Assembly: GCA_963804165.1 (NCBI GenBank)
Contig: CAWDPO010000035.1
Location: forward strand, 32,001-96,000
Source of the DNA: an uncultured delta proteobacterium
GTDB lineage: Bacteria > Desulfobacterota > Binatia > UBA9968
Direction of reading: 5' to 3'
Length of the DNA: 64,000 nucleotides
The notes below the pieces were generated by a model that had not been told where the DNA came from, ran no database searches, and saw only the letters and a list, made by a program, of their open reading frames with translations. Numbering within the stretch: the first letter of the stretch is position 1; every line of letters starts with the position of its first letter. Position numbers and translations under genes: made by a program. Positions 1 through 8,291 of the stretch are shown here, one piece after another.

Positions 1-294
1 ATAACTACCGCGCTCGATAGCCGCCAAGCACTTGTCTATGTCGATTGCGTAGACTTCTCCGTCGCTATTCTCGATATCAAAATGGCTCCGATTGATGGCA
101 TTGAAGTCCTGGCGCGAATCAAAAAGCGCAGTCCATCGACGCGTGTCATTATGGTCACCGGATATCCAACGGAAGAGAATCGCGCCGAGTGCATCAAACT
201 TGGCGCGGACGGTTACTTGACCAAACCCATTAATCTCTCAGAATTGATGACCCTGCTCCGTGATTTAATGCTTTCCGACACCCCGCCGAGTTAA
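1..294 (+). CDS. Response regulator receiver-domain protein (5' partial)
   Basis: Frame open from base 1: VAILDIKMAPIDGIEVL...VIMVTG...GADGYLTKP; receiver D, T and KP motifs. Confidence 0.85.
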   Translation: MTTALDSRQALVYVDCVDFSVAILDIKMAPIDGIEVLARIKKRSPSTRVIMVTGYPTEENRAECIKLGADGYLTKPINLSELMTLLRDLMLSDTPPS

Positions 295-806
295 ACGAGG
301 AGGTTATCGTGTAGGGGGCAAATTTGATCCGGTCACCAATCGCTCGGTAGTGTCTCAGTTTGAATCAAAATCTGTGGGGGTTTTTACACGCCGCGAGTCT
401 TTCGATAGTCGCTAGAGTTTTTTCTTCGAGCAGTTTCCATGTTTGCTGTTGCTCGGCAATCTCTTGCTTTGCGGTGCGTTCGCGGAGTCGTTGAAGGAGT
501 AATCGTCGGTCGTTGATTCGTTCGGGGTCGAGCATCGTTCACCCATCAATAATGAGCAGTGGTCTCCGACTTGGACGAGTTTGGGGTTTGATTCAACTGC
601 TGAATTATCCACAGCAGCAATTTTCTCTGGCACTCATATCGCCAAGTGCGGCGTCAATTCAAGGGGGATCAGATAGAGTATGGGATCAAACACTCATCGG
701 CTACGATCCGGGCAAGCTCCAATCCAAATTATACGGCTTATAACGTGGCGAGTTTTTATTAACCGAGTGGCATCAAATCAGCGGTTTGTAGAGAAATATT
801 TGTGAA

Positions 807-1187
807 TCATTTTTGTTGAAGACCTAACTCTTGTGCCGTGTCCTCATCAAGGGTCCCAGTCGCATTAAGTTGGTTTGACCGTTGAAACAACCTTATAGCC
901 TCGCTCGTCCTTTCGTTCATCTTGCCGTCCACCGGCCCCGAGTAAATACCATCATCTTTCAAAGTTTGCTGCGCTTGGATTATCCGATCTGTACTCGGAT
1001 ATTTGTCGTAGCTCGATCTCAGGCGCTGGAGGATAATTGCTTCCATCAAGTCACCGACATCCGCAGTTCTTCCCGAGTGGACCGTTCCCGATCCGCTCGA
1101 CACGCTCCTTCTATCTTCGGAAACCAGTACGAACAAGGCACACAGGGCCGCGAGAATTGCTAGTAAATCACCGAATATGCTTCTCAT
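807..1187 (-). CDS. Peptidoglycan-binding domain protein with N-terminal membrane anchor
   Basis: Hydrophobic N-terminus, then QQTLKDDGIYSGPVDGKMNERTSEAIRLFQRSNQLNATGTLDEDTAQELGL (PG_binding_1 pattern). Confidence 0.85.
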   Translation of the reverse strand: MRSIFGDLLAILAALCALFVLVSEDRRSVSSGSGTVHSGRTADVGDLMEAIILQRLRSSYDKYPSTDRIIQAQQTLKDDGIYSGPVDGKMNERTSEAIRLFQRSNQLNATGTLDEDTAQELGLQQK

Positions 1188-1604
1188 GACATGTCCGTGC
1201 GAGATTTGATTGGATTTCCGTCATGGCTATGAGCGGATGGTCGCGAAACTTCATAGCCATTTGCGCGTCTCCTCCTGCAAAAGAGAACCTGACACACAAA
1301 AGCGATCCGAGTCAGAACGTATCTCTAATATCACCCGGTAAACAGCTCCGATCAAGGCGTCCCTCAAGATTTCCATAATCGTCTTGCTGGACCGTGCTCG
1401 GTTGCGGGTCCCGCCTCAATTCCAGCGCTGTATTGCACGTCGACGGGGGACTTCTTGAACAGCGATGCGTAAACCGTGGAGGCTGCCAGGTACGTACCCA
1501 AGAGACTGGGGTGCCGCTTGTCGCTCCGTACAAATTCAACTCAGTTCGCTGTTTGATGGCCCGTGCGAAGGCTAGCCCTGCCGGGATTACAAGCGCGTTG
1601 TTCT

Positions 1605-1700
1605 GTCCGGCTGTCTCGCCAGCACGATTGTGGCGCGGCCCGGACGGTCGAAGGGCGTTCCATCTTCTTGGAAGCCGGTGCTCGTCCAGGGCGCAATCGC
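1605..1700 (-). repeat. 96-bp direct repeat of an internal part of the SnoaL-like gene (other copy 7828-7923); gene fragment
   Basis: 93/96 identical by direct alignment; all 3 differences are synonymous in the SnoaL frame. Confidence 0.9.
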
Positions 1701-1829
1701 TCTCGCCTCGGCTCTTTCATCCTAAACCACTTCTCCTGTTATCCTTTTCCCTCTCTCCTTACTCCAATAATCTTTCACTACGTAATGCCGGTTGAATCTC
1801 TATCGCGAAAGCAGGGCCACAGACCGGAG

Positions 1830-1858
1830 TTGACAACCCTCTCTCGGCCGGGGAGAAT
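1830..1858 (+). promoter_or_regulatory. Putative sigma70 promoter for the hydrolase gene, probably near-leaderless
   Basis: TTGACA-N17-GAGAAT ending 9 nt before the GTG at 1868. Confidence 0.5.
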
Positions 1859-1867
1859 GCGCCCCGT

Positions 1868-2716
1868 GTGAGCGCAACTATCCTCCGCGTTGTCCTTGTC
1901 GTCTTTTCCTTTCTGGTCATTATCAGCCTTTGGGGTTTTTATTCTTCCATTCGCCCGCCGAAATTGGTTTCCTCACTCACCCCGCGCGATCTAAAGCTGG
2001 CTTACCAGGACGTGTCGTTCAGAACGGCAGACGGACTCACGCTTCGCGGTTGGCATATCCCATCCATTAAAACTACCGGGAAGACCCTGGTTCTGCTTCA
2101 TGGCTATCCCGCGGACAAGGGAGACATCTTGCCTGCCTTGGCGTTTCTGCATGAAGATTTCAACCTTCTATTGTTCGATTTTCGCTATCTGGGGAAAAGC
2201 GAGGGGAGCTATTCCACCGCCGGAGCCAAAGAGGTCGAGGATCTCCTGGCGGCCATTCAATTTCTCAAAACGAGAGGGGTAAAAGAAGTGGGCGTGTGGG
2301 GGTTCTCCATGGGTGGCGCCGTGGCTTTGATGGCGATCGAGAAGGCTCCCGAGATCAGAGCGGTCATTGCAGAATCGAGTTACGCCAGTCTCGCGCAAAT
2401 GGCGTTGCAGCTCTTTAGAATTCCCGTGCTCAATTATCCCATCGCCTATCTTGTCGGTTTGTGGGCCAAGCTTTTTCTTGGCATCGACCTAAGAGATGTC
2501 TCACCGGAAGAACGAGTCCGCAATAGCACGGTTCCCATTCTCTTAATCCATTCCTCGGCTGATGCCGTGATCCCCTTTTCCCATGCGCAATTATTGCAGG
2601 AAGCACTGGCAAAGAATTCCCGCGCTGAATTTTGGTTCAATGACGGTGGCGCTCACGGCCAGCTGGCTGCCGATTACCAGAGTAGGGTGAGAACTTTTTT
2701 TCACAAAAACTTGTAG
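1868..2716 (+). CDS. Alpha/beta hydrolase, membrane-anchored
   Basis: N-terminal TM segment, LHGY, FDFR..GKSEG, GFSMG nucleophile elbow, D and H near the C-terminus. Confidence 0.9.
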   Translation: MSATILRVVLVVFSFLVIISLWGFYSSIRPPKLVSSLTPRDLKLAYQDVSFRTADGLTLRGWHIPSIKTTGKTLVLLHGYPADKGDILPALAFLHEDFNLLLFDFRYLGKSEGSYSTAGAKEVEDLLAAIQFLKTRGVKEVGVWGFSMGGAVALMAIEKAPEIRAVIAESSYASLAQMALQLFRIPVLNYPIAYLVGLWAKLFLGIDLRDVSPEERVRNSTVPILLIHSSADAVIPFSHAQLLQEALAKNSRAEFWFNDGGAHGQLAADYQSRVRTFFHKNL

Positions 2717-2741
2717 GAGCAGAAGGCTAAACCACTTCCGT

Positions 2742-2835
2742 GCCTAACTTGCACAAGTTGCCTATCTTGGACGCGCGCAGAGAATGAGCCGGACTCGGAA
2801 AAAATGGGGATCGAGCAAGTTTTGCAAGTCAGACA
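2742..2835. repeat. Imperfect inverted pair of a recurring motif (AGAGAAT...GCAAGTYTTGYAAGTCWRGACA)
   Basis: tgcctaacttgcacaagttg (2742-2761) pairs with caagttttgcaagtcagaca (2816-2835); related copies at 5632-5666 and 5708-5740. Confidence 0.55.
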
Positions 2836-2851
2836 AGAGTTTTGGGTTCGT

Positions 2852-3904
2852 TTATCGGCTCAAATATTTTTTCATCAGGCCGTTGGTAAAGTCTTGAATC
2901 GCCGGCGACACAATCAAGAGTTGCCGCAGGATGGGGTCCGCTTCGTCGGCCAAGAGTATCTGCGCATCTTCGCCGCTGACTCTTTTCACTTCAGCCTTAA
3001 ATTCCGCACCTTCTCTCATGCGGGCGAAGCCGTCTCGCAAAACGCGCAGGATCTCCGCCGGCGTTTTCGGCGCCGCGTGAAACGGACGGCCCACGCTGTC
3101 TGATCCCGCCCAGATCGTATAGGCTTGCCACGGCGTCCCGCTTGGTCGTTGCTCCTTCGCGACATCGTCAAACACCGGCACATCGGGGAACTCGGACCTC
3201 CGTTGGAATGACCCGGCTGCGGTCAGCATGCCTTGCTGGACGAACGGGTGAAAACCCTCGCCGACGAGCTTGCGCAGCGTGGGCAAAGTGGCGGTGGGGT
3301 AGATGTCGGTTTCGTTTCTTTCGAAGGCGAGAAGAATCTCTCCTCCGCCGGGATAGCCTTGCACCCAGCGCACGTTCCATTTCAAAAACTCCGCTCCCCA
3401 TATAAAGATCGCGTTCCAGCTCTCGTCTCCCGATCGGACACCGACTTTGAGAGGTTCGCCGGCGCCGGTGAGGCGACTGAGACTTTGTTTCCGGATCAGA
3501 GCCACGGAAGTTCCACGGCGAACGCTGCCGATCACCGGCCAATTTCTGAGATCATGTTTGGCCTCTTTAACGCCCATCGCCTGCTGATTGATGCTGGTGG
3601 TGCTGGTGTAGTGAAGCGTCAAGCCGTCGGGCTTGGCAAATTGTTCGAACCAGTTGCTGGCGACCGTGCCGCCGGCCCCGGGCATGTTTTGCACGATGAT
3701 CGTCGGATTCCCCGGAATGCTAGCCGGTAAGAAGCGCGCCAGCATCCGAGACTCCGCGTCTACTCCACCGCCGCCGGGAAAACCCGCGATGATGCGAATC
3801 GTCTTGCCTTTGAAATAAGGTTCTTGGGCAGGCGAAAGATTTATGCCTAAAAGAAAAATAATCGAGAAGGCAATAACAATCCGAAAGCCTAGTTTCGTCG
3901 CCAT
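2852..3904 (-). CDS. Bug/TctC-like tripartite tricarboxylate transporter substrate-binding protein
   Basis: Signal peptide; KGKTIRIIAGFPGGGGVD, IIVQNMPGAGG, AKPDGLT. Confidence 0.88.
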   Translation of the reverse strand: MATKLGFRIVIAFSIIFLLGINLSPAQEPYFKGKTIRIIAGFPGGGGVDAESRMLARFLPASIPGNPTIIVQNMPGAGGTVASNWFEQFAKPDGLTLHYTSTTSINQQAMGVKEAKHDLRNWPVIGSVRRGTSVALIRKQSLSRLTGAGEPLKVGVRSGDESWNAIFIWGAEFLKWNVRWVQGYPGGGEILLAFERNETDIYPTATLPTLRKLVGEGFHPFVQQGMLTAAGSFQRRSEFPDVPVFDDVAKEQRPSGTPWQAYTIWAGSDSVGRPFHAAPKTPAEILRVLRDGFARMREGAEFKAEVKRVSGEDAQILLADEADPILRQLLIVSPAIQDFTNGLMKKYLSR

Positions 3905-3909
3905 AAATA

Positions 3910-4016
3910 ATTTCTCCTCGAATGTTCGGTAAAGGCCGAAACTCTAATTTTCATTGACTAATCCTTTACACCGGATGGAGGTTCGGAGTCCGTTACCCAA
4001 TGGCGCGTGATTCTAG
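3910..4016 (-). repeat. About 105-bp diverged direct repeat, copy A (leader of the TctC-like gene)
   Basis: Colinear with 5432-5536 at an offset of about 1520; shares CGAATGTTYGGTAAAG.CCGAAA and TGGCGCGTGATTCTAG. Confidence 0.8.
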
Positions 4017-4052
4017 ATCAAGGATTGACAATTGTGCTTACCCGGCGACGTT

Positions 4053-5309
4053 TTATTTTTCCATCGCCGCCAGCATCGCGTCTTTTTCAGCGCGTATTCT
4101 GGGGTGATAACAGTCGACCGGCTGCGTGCCGATGAGTCCGACACAGGCGTTGCAATCCACGCACCGCGGTCCCGAGGTTCCATCGTGCAAGTGGCGATAC
4201 AGCAGCGGATCGGCGATAAACCCGCGGCCGACGGAAACCGCGTCGCACAGACTTTGTTCGATGGCGGCCTGCATTGCTTTCCGGCTAAGAAACCCACCGA
4301 CGCAAATGACCGGAATGGATAACGCTTGTTTGAATTGGCGCGCGTAGTGAAGATTGAAACCTTCGCGACGTTTAAAGAGGAGGTTGAAAAGAAGCGCCAT
4401 CAACGGCCAGAACAAATTGAAAGCAATCCTGCGCCACAGCGCCAGATGGCGCACGCCCCCCGACGCCATATGGCTCAAACAGCGACCGAAGGTTCCACGT
4501 ACCATCGGAAAGCCGGACTCGTACTGGCCGACGGACACCTCGACAGCATCGATGCCTTCCTGCTCCATCGCCTTCGCGATCTTAACCAGCTCGGGCGTTT
4601 TTAAGCCGGGCCGCAGCGGCAGGTAATCGGACCCGTTGAGCTTGATGATCACCGGGTAGTCCTTACCGACACGCGCGCGCATCGCGCGATATAGATCGCG
4701 CAAGAATCGCATGCGCTTCTCGAACGAGCCCCCGTAGTCGTCGGTGCGTTTGTTGGTGTACGGCGTGAGAAACTGATTGACTAGATAGCCGTGTCCGGCG
4801 TGAATCTGCACGCCGTCGAAGCCGGCCTCCTTGCAGCGGGCAGCGGCGTCAGCGAACTGTTGCACGATGCGTTCGATTTCCGCCACGGTCAACGCACGCG
4901 GTCGCGTGCCGGTCGACAAGTCTTTGACGCTCGACGCGGACAATGCCTCGGGTAATCCGGCGAAGCTAGGAATAACCTGGCGTCCACAATGATTCAGCTG
5001 CGCGAAGATCTTGGTGCCGTGCACATGCATTGACTCGACCAGCTGCTTGAGCGCCGGAATTTTACTGTCGTCATCTACGCCCATTTGTAATGGCGTGGAT
5101 TTGCCGTCAAGACTGGGGTAGACATTCCCGGTAATGATGAGTGGCACGCCGCCTTTGGCCATCGGCAGGTAGAAGTCAATATGTTGCTGCGTGGCAAAGC
5201 CATCCGACGTGGCGCGCGTTTCCGAGGTCGCGGTCTTAATGATCCGTCCAGTAATGGAGAGCTTGCCGATGGCGAGGGGTGTAAAAAGAATGCTTTCGTT
5301 CGGTGACAT
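4053..5309 (-). CDS. NADH:flavin oxidoreductase (Old Yellow Enzyme family)
   Basis: FAQLNHCGRQ, AGFDGVQIHAGHGYLVNQFLTPYTNKRTDDYGGS, GRGFIADP, C-terminal CVDCNAC. Confidence 0.93.
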   Translation of the reverse strand: MSPNESILFTPLAIGKLSITGRIIKTATSETRATSDGFATQQHIDFYLPMAKGGVPLIITGNVYPSLDGKSTPLQMGVDDDSKIPALKQLVESMHVHGTKIFAQLNHCGRQVIPSFAGLPEALSASSVKDLSTGTRPRALTVAEIERIVQQFADAAARCKEAGFDGVQIHAGHGYLVNQFLTPYTNKRTDDYGGSFEKRMRFLRDLYRAMRARVGKDYPVIIKLNGSDYLPLRPGLKTPELVKIAKAMEQEGIDAVEVSVGQYESGFPMVRGTFGRCLSHMASGGVRHLALWRRIAFNLFWPLMALLFNLLFKRREGFNLHYARQFKQALSIPVICVGGFLSRKAMQAAIEQSLCDAVSVGRGFIADPLLYRHLHDGTSGPRCVDCNACVGLIGTQPVDCYHPRIRAEKDAMLAAMEK

Positions 5310-5431
5310 AGCGGACCTCCGTAGTATCGCAAGCCAGCGATTAAGCTTACATCAGCCCGGGCTGTACGCGCCATACAGCCATCTACCTCGTACGAAGCTC
5401 ATCTGACAAGAAAAAAGCAATGTCCCCTTTG

Positions 5432-5536
5432 ATTTCTCCGAATGTTTGGTAAAGTCCGAAATTCTATTCTCCAAAGACCAATCTTTAACGTCGGATGAAG
5501 GTCCACCAGTCCGTGACCGATGGCGCGTGATTCTAG
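5432..5536 (-). repeat. About 105-bp diverged direct repeat, copy B (upstream of the OYE gene), including a putative -10 element
   Basis: Matches copy A; the minus strand reads TTGACT-N18-TAGAAT over 5559-5530. Confidence 0.8.
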
Positions 5537-5631
5537 TGAATCGTTGGTTGCTGAGTCAAATCCCTTTTTCCGTAAATCGGAAGGTTTCCCTGCCGACTTC
5601 CGTGGCTCACTCGCCGAACTCGGAGGCGCCG

Positions 5632-5740
5632 AGAGAATGAGCGCGCAAGTTTCGTAAGTCTAGACACGGTCACCACGGTCACGAGTTCCACGGTCATGAT
5701 TACCTGTTGTCCTAGACTTCAAGACTTGTGCCGATTCTCT
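5632..5740. repeat. Second inverted pair of the AGAGAAT...CAAGT...AAGTC motif, enclosing three CACGGTCA direct repeats
   Basis: agagaatgagcgcgcaagtttcgtaagtctagaca versus the reverse complement of 5708-5740, agagaatcggcacaagtcttgaagtctaggaca; CACGGTCA at 5665, 5674 and 5689. Confidence 0.65.
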
Positions 5741-6030
5741 GAGCGGGACGAGGAGGAATTGGGGAGCGAGTAGGGCTGTATTTCAATACGGTCGGCAACG
5801 CGGTTATGCGCGCGGTGGGAGAATCCGACGCGCTTGATGACGCAGTGGCTGAAAGACCGAAAAAGTGAATTTAAGAATCAAGAGGACTGCCCCCGAACCT
5901 TTCGAACCTTTACCCTCGCAATTTGCTTCCGAGACCGCTCAGGCCCAATAATTCACTCAGGATTTGACCGCGATATAGAACGGTGAGACCTGCGTTTTTT
6001 AGCACAAGCCCGCCCGCTCGTCTTTACGAG

Positions 6031-6216
6031 CTACTTGTTGTTCGGCGGGAGCTTGTCGCTTTCCCCAAGGTTTTTCTTAGCAATGCATTCGCCGCACATT
6101 TCATGAGTACGAGGAAAATCTAATAACGTAACGTAATCTTGCTCTGGCCAATAAGAGCAATTCCTGCAGAAATGCCAGGTCTGCGCCCCGATTTTCCTTC
6201 TGTATTCTGCCGCCAT
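6031..6216 (-). CDS. Small Cys/His protein, putative Zn-binding
   Basis: GAGGAGG RBS; WHFCRNC...CGEC. Confidence 0.7.
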   Translation of the reverse strand: MAAEYRRKIGAQTWHFCRNCSYWPEQDYVTLLDFPRTHEMCGECIAKKNLGESDKLPPNNK

Positions 6217-6703
6217 CTGCGGCCTCCTCAGGTAAGACTTCTAATCGACCTGCATGCGCTTTCCCTCTGCCATTCGCTTGGTGAATGCTGACGCTTCCCT
6301 TACCGAAAGACTCAACCGGCTTGTTTTGGTGTTTCGTCTTGGGCCGCCTACTCCGATCAGGCGCACATACGTTCGCCAGCCCCCTACCAATCGGATCACC
6401 GTCTACGACACGTGGCACATATTCGGAATCCGTAAATGTTACAGCGCCGTCGCATGGATTAGAAATGTAGAGCTGCTAGCAGCGTGGCTAAGGCGACGCT
6501 GGACAGCACCCATTTCCAAGAGAAACGACGGCGTCGGGTTCGACTGCGAAAACTCCTGCCGCATGTTCCGCTAGACCACGTCAACCCGTGGTATTTCTTA
6601 TTCGCGAATTGCCCACCAGTGGAGTGCGTAGACTTTAGGAGGGGAGGTGCTTTACGTGAAGGATCAATGTTGCGCACGTGAATATGGCGACCGAGCTGCG
6701 GAC

Positions 6704-6958
6704 TCACCGCAACGTTGGTATCAACTCAGCTTTTGGCTCATTTTCCAACGTGTCAAACTGCTCTTTCGGAATACGAGCGGCTAAAAGGACATGGCGTAAT
6801 TTGTCGGGCCAGGCGTTGTCCTGAAGGACGGACTTGGCGCGCTGTTTTATGATCATAGCAAGCGTAACACAGAGCGACATCGACGATGCGCTCTCAGTCC
6901 GTTTAGGATAGTGCCGCGCCCAAATCATTCCAATATCCTCGTTCTCTAATCGATCCAT
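6704..6958 (-). CDS. Hypothetical protein (84 aa)
   Basis: GGAAAGG RBS and ATG start; protein-like composition. Confidence 0.55.
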   Translation of the reverse strand: MDRLENEDIGMIWARHYPKRTESASSMSLCVTLAMIIKQRAKSVLQDNAWPDKLRHVLLAARIPKEQFDTLENEPKAELIPTLR

Positions 6959-7078
6959 TTCGCGCCTTTCCGATGCTTAATCGTGTAGCGAATTCGTGCC
7001 TTGGATGGCTCTTCGTGTATCAATGCCAGTGTCCAACCTGCTTCATACATTCTTGAATGGCGTGCGTGATGCTGGTTG

Positions 7079-7273
7079 TTAGTTGAATTTTGAGGCGTCT
7101 ACACCTAGATACGTATCCGGTCGCAAGCGGCGCTGCAGGTACGTATTTTTCGGCCAATCCCACCTTCGCCGTGGAAGAGCTTCACCGTTGTAAGTCGCGC
7201 CGTTTACTTTGCTCTGCAAGAATACCACCTGCCAGTAACTGGGTTTATGTAGATTTACATCGATGGACTTCAT
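7079..7273 (-). CDS. Hypothetical small protein (64 aa)
   Basis: GGGAGAG RBS and ATG start; no recognisable family. Confidence 0.35.
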   Translation of the reverse strand: MKSIDVNLHKPSYWQVVFLQSKVNGATYNGEALPRRRWDWPKNTYLQRRLRPDTYLGVDASKFN

Positions 7274-7737
7274 TTTCGCTCTCCCTACTGTCCACTTTTT
7301 CTAGACATGAATCGATAAGCCAAAGGTTGGAGCAAGGCCTGTACCAATGTTAACGATTCTTCGAATGAGGGGAATTTTGTCATGTCGTGAAAAATCCTGG
7401 CCGCTTAAGACCATTTTGAGCGGACGAGCCAAGCCAGGATATGAGAGGGTTTTTCCTACCGTGGAGCAGAATGTGTGAGGCGAAAGCCGACAGTCTTGAT
7501 TGATTACTATTTCAGCGGAGGTAGAACTTAGTCGCCATGGTGGTAATCTGGTTAATCGAAATCAAGCGCACAGCGATGACGCGGGTATACGCACGGCAAG
7601 ACCCGTTGCTCCTTTCTGAGATCCGAGTCTAACTTCTTAGTTTGGGCGCAAAGAGTATATATGAAGCTACGCGATCATCCGCTGTTGACCCGCAACAGCG
7701 GCACACGGCATCTTACGGTCCTTCGAAACTTGCTCAC

Positions 7738-8202
7738 CTACTGCGCCTTCACCTCGCGTGTCCCATGGCTATCCTGCGGTACGCCGCGCGCCAATGACAT
7801 GTGCGAATGAACGCCGAGCCAGCGCCCGTCCGGCTGTCTCGCCAGCACGATCGTGGCGCGGCCCGGACGGTCGAAGGGCGTTCCATCTTCTTGGAAGCCG
7901 GTACTCGTCCAGGGCGCGATCGCGACCGCCATAGCGCTGTCCGGCGAGGCCATGACCATGGTGTTCGCCAGGTCGAAGCGGAACTCCGCCGTGCGCGGCC
8001 AGACATTGTCCCATTGCCGTTCGGTCCATGCCGATAGGCTCTTCACAAGTTCCTGGTAAGTGCCGAAGATGACGATGTCGGTGTGCCAGAACGGACGCGC
8101 CGCCGCATAGTCGACCTCGCGCACGCAAGCGGCGAAGCGGTCGAGCCAATCGCGCACCTCCGCCGCGGTCGCGGCATCGGCTTCCGGTAGGGCCAGGTTC
8201 AT
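7738..8202 (-). CDS. SnoaL/NTF2-like fold protein
   Basis: GAGAGG RBS; FWHTDIVIFGT, RPGRATIVL...WLGVHSHMS. Confidence 0.85.
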   Translation of the reverse strand: MNLALPEADAATAAEVRDWLDRFAACVREVDYAAARPFWHTDIVIFGTYQELVKSLSAWTERQWDNVWPRTAEFRFDLANTMVMASPDSAMAVAIAPWTSTGFQEDGTPFDRPGRATIVLARQPDGRWLGVHSHMSLARGVPQDSHGTREVKAQ

Positions 8203-8291
8203 TTTGCACCTCTCGTCATCTTGCCTGCTGTCCTTTCGGACCTCGCAGTATCCGCCTCAAAAAAAAAGCGTGACGAAAAGATTAGATCGCT

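Noticed and set aside
412-743. Short ORFs 412-633 and 513-743
   Set aside because: No recognisable motif; possibly pieces of one frameshifted small gene, but not supportable.
1605-1700. DGR template/variable repeat pair with 7828-7923
   Set aside because: Mismatches are not adenine-specific on either strand, all are synonymous, and no reverse transcriptase is present.
2742-2835. Canonical integron attC site
   Set aside because: It has RYYYAAC but the partner is GTCAGAC, the region that should be unpaired pairs fully, and there is no intI; kept only as an unclassified motif.
6985-7002. Sigma54 promoter on the minus strand
   Set aside because: GG-to-GC spacing is 9 nt rather than the required 10.
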